Below, in pieces: positions 27,471 through 34,969 of a stretch of 64,000 nt of DNA (within the stretch, counting starts at the first letter, position 1; each line of letters starts with the position of its first letter). Source of the stretch: a virus; IMG/VR virus record IMGVR_UViG_3300020182_000008, positions 40,628 through 104,627 of that record; one strand, given 5' to 3'. Both the position numbers and the translations under genes were made by a program. The notes under the pieces are model-generated. The model worked only from the letters and a program-made list of their open reading frames with translations, did no database searches and was not told the DNA's origin.

Positions 27471-27501
27471 TTGGCTACGCAAGTAGCCATTCGTATATTT
27501 A
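27471..27501 (+). promoter_or_regulatory. Early promoter with dyad GGCTAC-N4-GTAGCC in its spacer
   Basis: TTGGCTACGCAAGTAGCCATTCGTATATTTA. Confidence 0.8.
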
Positions 27502-27524
27502 CGGTGAAATTAAAATTAAAGGTT

Positions 27525-27779
27525 ATGACATATTCAGAGTTAAAAGCGTTAGGATTAGATTTAGCACAATTAAAACAACTGAAGCGTAATGCTCAAATGT
27601 TAATTGAAGATGCTGTGTATGAGGAGGCACGTCAGTTTCGTATTGGATCTAAAGTAAAAATTAACCATCGTAAGGCTCCAGGTACATGGACGATATCTAA
27701 GATAAACCGTAAAACGGTTATCGTGGAGCAAGATGGTAGACGTGTAAAATCATCAATGGGATTGTTGGTTGCCGCATAA
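27525..27779 (+). CDS. Hypothetical protein with C-terminal KOW/SH3-like domain
   Basis: True start is the ATG at 27525 after AAAGGTT; FRIGSKVKINH...WTISKINRKTVIV. Confidence 0.75.
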   Translation: MTYSELKALGLDLAQLKQLKRNAQMLIEDAVYEEARQFRIGSKVKINHRKAPGTWTISKINRKTVIVEQDGRRVKSSMGLLVAA

Positions 27780-27795
27780 TCAATTCGTACATTAA
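27765..27795 (+). promoter_or_regulatory. Early promoter TTGG-N17-CGTACATTAA
   Basis: Same spacing, variant -7 element. Confidence 0.65.
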
Positions 27796-27812
27796 CGTAT
27801 AAATAAAGCATC

Positions 27813-28001
27813 ATGAGCGCACTAGACGACTTTGAAATAGAACCAGGTGAGGGAATACCATTGGGGTTCAAATTGGAGGTAACGCACCCCCGAGCAGGTT
27901 GTCTAGTGGGAGCTCAATATTGGGAGGCCGATGGCCAAGATGATTACAACACGTTTAAAATACATTTCCTATGGATAGCCCTTCGTTGGGATTGGGAGTA
28001 G
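27813..28001 (+). CDS. Hypothetical protein
   Basis: 62-aa ORF after a promoter. Confidence 0.65.
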   Translation: MSALDDFEIEPGEGIPLGFKLEVTHPRAGCLVGAQYWEADGQDDYNTFKIHFLWIALRWDWE

Positions 28002-28051
28002 CATATTTCCGCTTCACACTTAATTGTTCTACTACCCGCAACCACAACTTA

Positions 28052-28086
28052 CCCGCTCACTAGCTTGGGCGGGGGTTATCCTTTTT
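28052..28086 (+). terminator. Possible terminator hairpin overlapping the next promoter
   Basis: CCCGCTCA-CTAGCT-TGGGCGGG followed by a T5 run. Confidence 0.45.
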
Positions 28087-28095
28087 GTATATTTA
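28065..28095 (+). promoter_or_regulatory. Early promoter TTGG-N17-TGTATATTTA
   Basis: Same spacing. Confidence 0.7.
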
Positions 28096-28113
28096 ATGTC
28101 ATAAAATTATAAT

Positions 28114-28344
28114 ATGGCAACATTAAACGAAATATACGACGAACTGGACAGAATATTGGGCGATGTACAAGAATACATCGAAGACAGCGACAATGGCAAT
28201 CTATCCAGCGATTTAACCGGCAACGTGGAAAATCCATTGGAATCCATACTAGTCGCGCTAGATAACATAATTGACGACAAGACCGACGGAATATACGATC
28301 TTGACGGAGAAAGTGATTTTTTGGAAGAAGATGAGGATTTTTGA
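28114..28344 (+). CDS. Highly acidic small protein (possible DNA mimic)
   Basis: 76 aa, very D/E-rich, helical. Confidence 0.7.
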   Translation: MATLNEIYDELDRILGDVQEYIEDSDNGNLSSDLTGNVENPLESILVALDNIIDDKTDGIYDLDGESDFLEEDEDF

Positions 28345-28349
28345 AAGAT

Positions 28350-28430
28350 CGGGCCGATAGCGGGCCGATAGCGGATCATTAGCGGGATGCTCCCACGTTA
28401 GCCGCGGTCCATCGATGGTGCGGGGCCGGG
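28350..28430. repeat. GC-rich island with 11-bp tandem repeat CGGGCCGATAG and palindromes
   Basis: Exact copies at 28350-28360 and 28361-28371, degenerate CGGATCATTAG at 28372-28382; CCATCGATGG at 28409-28418. Confidence 0.85.
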
Positions 28431-28499
28431 TAAAGGAGTGTTGATGGATTAAGAGATCTATAACAGATCTACACATCGATTAATATATACGAATATACT

Positions 28500-28616
28500 A
28501 TGATAAACAGTGGCCGAGAATGGGATTTTATTGAGGATGCATGGACATGCACATGCGGAGCATTAAACGCAGCTTATTTAGAAAAATGTGGAAATTGTGA
28601 AAAAGAAAAAAATTAG
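28500..28616 (+). CDS. RanBP2-like zinc-finger microprotein (38 aa)
   Basis: WTCTCGALNAAYLEKCGNC. Confidence 0.7.
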   Translation: MINSGREWDFIEDAWTCTCGALNAAYLEKCGNCEKEKN

Positions 28617-28746
28617 TTTAGAACAAGTAGAATTAGAGAGAGATCTATGGAACGCCGCGCTCCGTACCCCTCCTCCCTATACCCCTAAGACTAAATATAC
28701 TCGTAAGGGTAAAACCCGTTTTAATCCTTTTCGACGTGAGGACTGA
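28597..28746 (+). CDS. Basic microprotein (49 aa, GTG start)
   Basis: MKKKKISLEQVELERDLWNAALRTPPPYTPKTKYTRKGKTRFNPFRRED. Confidence 0.55.
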   Translation: MKKKKISLEQVELERDLWNAALRTPPPYTPKTKYTRKGKTRFNPFRRED

Positions 28747-28784
28747 AATCTTAATCTTCTTTTTTAAAAAAAATTTTTATATCG

Positions 28785-29336
28785 ATGAATTTTATTAGAC
28801 ATAATCCGTTTTTTCATGAGTATGATTTTCCTGTTAGTAAAGTGCTAGAAAAATATGGGGATGAATTAATTGAGCTTTATAAAACAACACCACGCCCTAA
28901 AGATACTCATAATATTTTATTAGAAAACCAAAAAATTTATAATTACCTCTCTCCTAATTTTTATAAACTTATTCAGTATTGGTATAATGTTCCTTTTCCT
29001 AAAGAATTTGTGAATATAGCATTATATGTTCAAGATAAAATTAACTATAAAAGTGTATTCCATTCCCATATCGATAAAGGAATTACACAGACTGCTTTAA
29101 CTGCTACTTTTTATCTCCATGATTTAAAAGATGATGAGGGTGGTGAAATTGAAATAGCTATCCCTTCAGACCCACCTATTAAAATCAAAACTCAAAAAGA
29201 TAAAATATACCTTTTCCCTAATTGGTTATTACATAGACCTCTTCCTCAAACCTCAAATAATATAAGAATATGTTTTAATTGGGGATATATAACAGACAAA
29301 AAATTTATACATAGAACTTCGGGAGACGCTTGGTAA
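28785..29336 (+). CDS. 2OG-Fe(II) oxygenase
   Basis: HSH, ATFYL, GGEIE, LFPNWLLHRP, RICFNW. Confidence 0.85.
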   Translation: MNFIRHNPFFHEYDFPVSKVLEKYGDELIELYKTTPRPKDTHNILLENQKIYNYLSPNFYKLIQYWYNVPFPKEFVNIALYVQDKINYKSVFHSHIDKGITQTALTATFYLHDLKDDEGGEIEIAIPSDPPIKIKTQKDKIYLFPNWLLHRPLPQTSNNIRICFNWGYITDKKFIHRTSGDAW

Positions 29337-29360
29337 TCTAAATTTTTGTTCGTATATTTA
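29330..29360 (+). promoter_or_regulatory. Early promoter TTGG-N17-CGTATATTTA
   Basis: Exact consensus. Confidence 0.8.
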
Positions 29361-29383
29361 CCCGAATTTAAAAGGTTATATAT

Positions 29384-29923
29384 ATGAAAACAGGTGAATG
29401 GATATTATTCCTATTATTATGCTTATTAGTCGCAATATCATGCGATACACCCCAATTTGAAGAAGAATTATACTATGAACACGAGCGTGTTGAGGCTAGA
29501 GCCTTCGCTACTACTAATGGTTCCCAGGACTATATACAAACAATTTACTTAGATACTCTTGAATCATTTACCTACACAAAAATCTATGCCGAATCAACCG
29601 ATATGGCCGAACATCAGAAATACAATGGTGAGGCTAATATACGAGCTACTTTCTCTACTGATAAACATTGGTATTATAGCGACGGTATTTTTCATGATTA
29701 TCCTGTTTATTATGTTTATCCTACTAGCGTTAGGTTTGTGGAACCTGCAAGTAATCACCAATACGAACCATCCGAATTGGCTCTCTTTACTCAACAAATG
29801 GTTGGACCAATACCTAGATCGGCAATTATAAACCGCGAGCAAGTTAAAATTTATATGGATGTATCATATGATGGAGAATATCACGTTAAAGATTCGTTAT
29901 TAATTGAATTACGCCCAAGATAG
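29384..29923 (+). CDS. Putative lipoprotein
   Basis: Lipobox AISC followed by acidic DTPQFEEE. Confidence 0.7.
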   Translation: MKTGEWILFLLLCLLVAISCDTPQFEEELYYEHERVEARAFATTNGSQDYIQTIYLDTLESFTYTKIYAESTDMAEHQKYNGEANIRATFSTDKHWYYSDGIFHDYPVYYVYPTSVRFVEPASNHQYEPSELALFTQQMVGPIPRSAIINREQVKIYMDVSYDGEYHVKDSLLIELRPR

Positions 29924-30000
29924 TATATACGTATTGTTGAATATACTCATAGTAAGTTAGCTTTTTCGCTGAGGAGTCTACTGAGTCAAATTTAAAAGTT

Positions 30001-30489
30001 ATGTTAAAAAGAATAAATAAACAAGAAGCTGAAAAATATATTTCGATTAAAGAAGATTATACCGGTGGTGGTTTAGAGAATGCTGCTTTTTTTACCTTAA
30101 CCCCCTCTACTAATAAAAAATATCCCTCTAGTGAGGGTTGGGAGGATGTTACTTATTATACCCCACGTAAGAAAAATATGTTTGTTGAAAGGGGAGAGGG
30201 AGACCAATGGGTTTATATTTTATCTAACCCTACTACCCCTAATCTACTTAAAATAGGGTATACTAAATTAGATCCTGATACTCGAGCAGCGCAAATTTCT
30301 CGTGCTACGGGTGTCGCATTACCATACAAAGTAGAGTGGGCTTTTAAGTGTTTTAACGGTGAGCAATTAGAAGGTGAGGTACACCGTTATTTAAATGAGT
30401 ATCGCGTTAATAATAACCGAGAATTTTTTGAAATAGAATTAACTGAAGCTAAGAAAGCTGTAATGAAATTAGGAGAAAATTATGTTTAA
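30001..30489 (+). CDS. GIY-YIG/T5orf172-family protein
   Basis: WVYILSNP...LKIGYT...RA...TGV..PY...LE..VH..L...REFF. Confidence 0.85.
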   Translation: MLKRINKQEAEKYISIKEDYTGGGLENAAFFTLTPSTNKKYPSSEGWEDVTYYTPRKKNMFVERGEGDQWVYILSNPTTPNLLKIGYTKLDPDTRAAQISRATGVALPYKVEWAFKCFNGEQLEGEVHRYLNEYRVNNNREFFEIELTEAKKAVMKLGENYV

Positions 30490-30754
30490 TTTAGAAGATA
30501 CACTTAACGAATTAGAAAAAGACTTTAAAGAAGTTAACAAGATGAAATTTGGTCTTTTAGCTGCTTCTTTAGAACCATTTGATTTCTTATATCAGGATGT
30601 AAATGGTAAAAAGGCATATGAAACTCTAGAGGAAAATCAAAGAAAAGAAATACTTTCCTCTTTAAAAGGAGATTTGTTACCTTTATTTGAAGAAAACAAA
30701 TATAAAGAAGGAATAGAAAAGGTAAAGTCTTTAATAAAGGATTTGGAGAAGTAA
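30482..30754 (+). CDS. Hypothetical protein
   Basis: 90-aa helical ORF. Confidence 0.65.
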   Translation: MFNLEDTLNELEKDFKEVNKMKFGLLAASLEPFDFLYQDVNGKKAYETLEENQRKEILSSLKGDLLPLFEENKYKEGIEKVKSLIKDLEK

Positions 30755-30800
30755 AAAATGTCCATTACCTTGGGGGTACGGTTGATTTTAAAAAATAAAA

Positions 30801-31133
30801 ATGGTAGAAGAGAAAATAGGAAAAAAAGGGGAGGGGGAAATAACGGTTTATTCACTTCCATATTGTGATTATTGTAATTTGTTAAAGGGCACCCTTGACA
30901 AATTAGAAATCCCCTATACAGATATAGATGTTGATACAAATGTTTTAATGGGTGATTGGTTAGAAAATAACCTTAAAACCGAATCCTATCCTATTATATA
31001 CTTCAGAAAATCCCCAGGAGAATATATTTATATACTATCCGAAACAAACTTGGAATCCCTAAATAGCGTTCGTATATTTAACACAATCGAGGAAGCTATA
31101 GAAATCCTTGCACAATATTATTATGAGATATAA
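30801..31133 (+). CDS. Glutaredoxin-like protein
   Basis: VYSLPYCDYC, IPYTDIDV, ESYPII. Confidence 0.85.
   Translation: MVEEKIGKKGEGEITVYSLPYCDYCNLLKGTLDKLEIPYTDIDVDTNVLMGDWLENNLKTESYPIIYFRKSPGEYIYILSETNLESLNSVRIFNTIEEAIEILAQYYYEI
31050..31080 (+). promoter_or_regulatory. Early promoter inside the glutaredoxin 3' end
   Basis: TTGG-N17-CGTATATTTA exact. Confidence 0.75.
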
Positions 31134-31296
31134 AGAATTAATAGAACGACAATTAACACAAGTTGCTAACCAGCTTAATGTTTTAAAGCATCACTCACAA
31201 CGTGGTGAACACGTTCAAGTAAATCAAACGATTGACAATATAAAAGAAATTTTAGAGCAGTCACAAACTTATTTAAACAACGAAACACAACAATAA
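31123..31296 (+). CDS. Small coiled-coil protein
   Basis: ATG at 31123 downstream of the promoter. Confidence 0.65.
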   Translation: MRYKELIERQLTQVANQLNVLKHHSQRGEHVQVNQTIDNIKEILEQSQTYLNNETQQ

Positions 31297-32051
31297 TGGT
31301 TTTAACAGCGGAGCAAATTAAGGATAACTATGAGGTACTCCTTAAGGGTATTGATAAATACGTTACTGGGGATCGTAAACAGCAGTTTCTAGACTTTTAT
31401 AATAGTTTAGACGAACGTATTGCCCTGCTCCCAGCCTCTCACAAGAAGGCGTATCACAATTGTTTTCCCGGGGGTTATGTTGAACACGTTATACGTGTAA
31501 TTACTGCCGCATTTAAAATAAGTGCTATATGGCAGGAAATGGGAACAAGAGATACGTATACTGAAGAAGAGCTATTTGTCTCCGCTTTAAACCATGATTT
31601 AGGTAAAATTGGATCTCTAGAACACACTTCTGTTTTCCCATCTCAGGATGAATGGAGAAAGAAAAATCTAGGTGAAATGTATACCTTTAATACTGCAAAC
31701 GAATACATGACGGTCCCAGACCGCTCTTTATTCTTATTACAACAAGCAGGAATCCAACTTACAACTAACGAGTGGATTGCTATAAAAACACACGATGGTT
31801 TATACGATCAGGCAAATGAATCTTACCTTAAAGGGTTTATGCCCGAGACTAAACCTCGTACTTCACTTCCCTTTATTTTACACCAGGCTGACCTTATGGC
31901 AGCGCGAATTGAGTTTGAACGCGAATGGTTGGATAAATTTGGCAAATCCCAACCTAAGGAAAAAACTACAAAACAGGATCGAGTTAATACTAACTTAGAT
32001 AAAATAGGTTCTAAAGATAACAATTTAATGGATTTAGTAAAGAATCTCTAA
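31296..32051 (+). CDS. HD-domain phosphohydrolase
   Basis: YHNCFPGGYVEH, NHDLGK, THDG, LHQAD. Confidence 0.85.
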   Translation: MVLTAEQIKDNYEVLLKGIDKYVTGDRKQQFLDFYNSLDERIALLPASHKKAYHNCFPGGYVEHVIRVITAAFKISAIWQEMGTRDTYTEEELFVSALNHDLGKIGSLEHTSVFPSQDEWRKKNLGEMYTFNTANEYMTVPDRSLFLLQQAGIQLTTNEWIAIKTHDGLYDQANESYLKGFMPETKPRTSLPFILHQADLMAARIEFEREWLDKFGKSQPKEKTTKQDRVNTNLDKIGSKDNNLMDLVKNL

Positions 32052-32336
32052 ATGACTACAACCACTATTATTTTAATCAATGTTGGTATCCTCACTTTCG
32101 GGGTCATTTCCTATATTATTTGGAATTTGATGCGTAAAAATGAGAAACTAGAAGATGCTGTCAATAAACGAGACGAGTATATAGATGCTATGTCTTTAAT
32201 AATGACCGAATCTAATCGTAAAATTAAGGAAATTGATTCAAAACAAATATTCGAATCAGACGATGAAATAGGGTGGTTTTTTAAGGGCATAAAGGAGATT
32301 CAAGAACTTATAAACGAGTACAACACCCAAAGATAA
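32052..32336 (+). CDS. Membrane-anchored coiled-coil protein
   Basis: N-terminal TM followed by heptads. Confidence 0.7.
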   Translation: MTTTTIILINVGILTFGVISYIIWNLMRKNEKLEDAVNKRDEYIDAMSLIMTESNRKIKEIDSKQIFESDDEIGWFFKGIKEIQELINEYNTQR

Positions 32337-33146
32337 ATGGATCTCCCAATAGACGAGAGCCTTCAGGGCAACATTCTAACCCCTCCAAAACGAGACGAGG
32401 GGCCTATGTATACCAAAAAAGGTACATTACGCCAAAGACGACCAAAAACAAAAAATCAATATTTTACAGCTGATACTGAGGAAGCAATCATCGAGTATTT
32501 AAATACTACTGATGAACGTTTGCGTAATAAAATATATAACGAACGTATATGGTATGGCTTCCATAAGCTAACAGAAAACATCATTCATACATTCAAATTT
32601 TACTATACAGAGGTAGAAACTATAGGAGAATTACAACATGAAGTAACAGCTTTCCTTTTAGAGAAACTTCACTTATATAAACAAGATAAAGGTAAAGCCT
32701 TTTCTTATTTCGGTACTATCGCCAAACGTTATTTAATTCTATATAATAATAATAATTATAAAAAACTAAAACAACGAGCCGAAGTAGATGCTATAGATAA
32801 CGATCAGTCAATTACAATTGATATCATTAATAACCATTCAGATTTAGATAAATCTAAAGACGAGGCAACCGAGTTTATAGAATATCTTTTAAAATACATG
32901 GATTTATATTTGTTTGATCATTTTCCAAAGGAAGAAGATGCTCGGACAGCCGATGCTATTATGGAATTATTCCGTAAAAGAGAAAATATAGAATTATTTA
33001 ATAAAAAAGCTATATATATTTATATACGCGAAATGACAGATCAATCTACTCCTCAAATTACTAAAGTAATTAAGAAAATGAGAAAAGTATATAAAAAGTT
33101 GATGACCCAATACATTGAAACGGGAGCTGTTAGTATGAGGTTCTAA
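32337..33146 (+). CDS. Phage sigma-factor-like protein (putative late sigma)
   Basis: Region-2-like LQHEVTAFLLEKLHLY...KAFSYFGTIAKRY; lies directly before the structural module. Confidence 0.65.
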   Translation: MDLPIDESLQGNILTPPKRDEGPMYTKKGTLRQRRPKTKNQYFTADTEEAIIEYLNTTDERLRNKIYNERIWYGFHKLTENIIHTFKFYYTEVETIGELQHEVTAFLLEKLHLYKQDKGKAFSYFGTIAKRYLILYNNNNYKKLKQRAEVDAIDNDQSITIDIINNHSDLDKSKDEATEFIEYLLKYMDLYLFDHFPKEEDARTADAIMELFRKRENIELFNKKAIYIYIREMTDQSTPQITKVIKKMRKVYKKLMTQYIETGAVSMRF

Positions 33147-33161
33147 ATCTCTAGTATATCT

Positions 33162-33170
33162 ATATTTATA
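33162..33170 (+). promoter_or_regulatory. Putative late promoter ATATTTATA
   Basis: Precedes the tail/baseplate operon. Confidence 0.6.
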
Positions 33171-33185
33171 TCCAAAGCACCGCTT

Positions 33186-33545
33186 ATGGATTTTTCGCAA
33201 GTAAATTTATTTGGAAAGAAAAGTTTCTCTGATTTATTAAAAGAGATACATACTAATCAAAAGGATAAAGAAGTTCAATTACGTTCGTTAATTGAAGGAC
33301 TAAAACCATTAATCACCGATCCAGGTGAGGCAACAATGATTGTTCCATTAATTAAGGAATATATGGAATTAGCCATCAAAAACGATGATGCCCTAATTAA
33401 AATGGCAGGTATCGTTCAACGTGCTATGAATAGTAAGATGGCTGATACAGACGAGATACTTTCAGATGAAGACAAAGAGATGTTATTTAGCTCTCTCCAA
33501 GAATTAGATAAAAAAGTAGAAGAAATAAAGGTAGAGGATGAGTAA
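33186..33545 (+). CDS. Hypothetical protein
   Basis: 119-aa helical ORF. Confidence 0.75.
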   Translation: MDFSQVNLFGKKSFSDLLKEIHTNQKDKEVQLRSLIEGLKPLITDPGEATMIVPLIKEYMELAIKNDDALIKMAGIVQRAMNSKMADTDEILSDEDKEMLFSSLQELDKKVEEIKVEDE

Positions 33546-34539
33546 AAATTTTCCTACTTTAGGGAACTCCGCTATTGCATCAAAAACACCCTCACTATCT
33601 AAAACGGATAGTAACAAATTATTTTTTGCTAGGGTAATTGATGTTAATATCGAACCATCTAGTGATGGTCAATCTATCTTTCAAACATCTGGAGGATGGT
33701 CGGCTATTGGGTGTATCAAATTTGAAACACTTAACCGCTCATCCAATCAACCCGGAAATATTTTTCCACAAGGTAATATAGCTATACCTTTAGATAACAA
33801 CATTAAAAAAATCCCTGCTTTAAACGAGATTGTTCTTATACATCCTGGTCCTTCACCTAAAGAACTTCAAGCAGGAGACAACGATACAGTTCAATATTTT
33901 TATTCTACAACTACAGTTTGGAATAGAAGTCATTTGAATATGCTCCCTTCACCTAACAGTTCAGCTACACAAACTAAAAATAATATAGATGTGCAAGCTG
34001 TAAGTTTAGGTATAGAAAATACAGAAGAACAAGTAGTAGTAGAACCATCCCCAGGTAAAACCTTTATAGAAAAATCTACAATACGTAATTTATATCCTGT
34101 AGAAGGTGATGTTTTAATAGAAGGACGTTTTGGGAATTCACTTCGTTTTTCTTCTACAGCTAAAGTATCGGGAAGTGATACTCAAAGCCCATGGAGTGAA
34201 GAAGGTTCAGATGGCAAACCAATTACTATATTAAGAAATGGACAAGGTTCAGAAGATGCATTTAATAATTGGTTTCCTATATATGAGGATATACAAGCTG
34301 ATAATTCATCAATTTACCTTACCTCAGGACAAACCATACCTGTTGCACTAGCTTCAACAAATTTTGCGTCTTTTGGTGTAGATGCTACACCTATTGCTAA
34401 TACTACGAAGTTAATTCAAGAAGTACAAGTAAATGGTCCAACAGTATCACCTAAAGAAGCAGATTCTACAGGTAGTGTTTCGGATATTATCAACCAAGAA
34501 CCAGATTTATCAACAGAAAATACAGGATCAAATGGCTGA
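33538..34539 (+). CDS. Baseplate spike/hub N-terminal protein (gp5 OB-fold-like)
   Basis: FARVIDV, P.LNEIVLI, EGDVLIEGRFGNSLRF, DNSSIYLTS. Confidence 0.6.
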   Translation: MSKNFPTLGNSAIASKTPSLSKTDSNKLFFARVIDVNIEPSSDGQSIFQTSGGWSAIGCIKFETLNRSSNQPGNIFPQGNIAIPLDNNIKKIPALNEIVLIHPGPSPKELQAGDNDTVQYFYSTTTVWNRSHLNMLPSPNSSATQTKNNIDVQAVSLGIENTEEQVVVEPSPGKTFIEKSTIRNLYPVEGDVLIEGRFGNSLRFSSTAKVSGSDTQSPWSEEGSDGKPITILRNGQGSEDAFNNWFPIYEDIQADNSSIYLTSGQTIPVALASTNFASFGVDATPIANTTKLIQEVQVNGPTVSPKEADSTGSVSDIINQEPDLSTENTGSNG

Positions 34540-34969
34540 AGAAAAGAAAAAAAAATACCAACCCGAATTTCCGTATAGAGGTAACCAAATTATTATAGAT
34601 TCTGATAGAGTTTTACTTAATTCTAAGGAAGATTCAACATTTATTGTAGGAAAAAAAGCAGTGGGCATATCTTCTGGTGGAACTATTAACTTAGATAGCG
34701 ATGATAAATGTATAATTAATTCACCTGAAATAAGATTAGGCTTAGATGCATCACATCCTTTAGTATATGGTGATGAATTAGCAAATCTATTAAATCAATT
34801 TTGTGTTATAATGACCGAAACTGTAGTTCCTGATATGAAGGATGCTGTTGATAGTAATGGAACAAAAGTAACTGGGGTAGCTACAGCAGCTATAGGAATG
34901 GAAAAAGCAATTAAAGGTTTAAATGATGGTTTATCAAAAATATTATCAACCACAAACTTTACTAGATAA
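34532..34969 (+). CDS. Baseplate spike C-terminal beta-helix-like protein
   Basis: True start is the ATG at 34532 (ATGGCTGA overlap); NQIIIDSDRVLLNS, INSPEIRLG, PLVYGDEL. Confidence 0.6.
   Translation: MAEEKKKKYQPEFPYRGNQIIIDSDRVLLNSKEDSTFIVGKKAVGISSGGTINLDSDDKCIINSPEIRLGLDASHPLVYGDELANLLNQFCVIMTETVVPDMKDAVDSNGTKVTGVATAAIGMEKAIKGLNDGLSKILSTTNFTR

Noticed and set aside
28350-28430. CRISPR array
   Set aside because: Units are 11 bp, adjacent and without spacers; no cas genes. The PD-(D/E)XK nuclease at 56279 lacks the Cas4 Fe-S cysteine pattern
29559-29842. Alternative ORFs inside the 29384 lipoprotein gene
   Set aside because: Nested frames with no motif; the main ORF has a promoter, leader motif and lipobox
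29968-29990. CTGAGGA resembling a hammerhead ribozyme core
   Set aside because: No matching stem II followed by GAAA in the required arrangement
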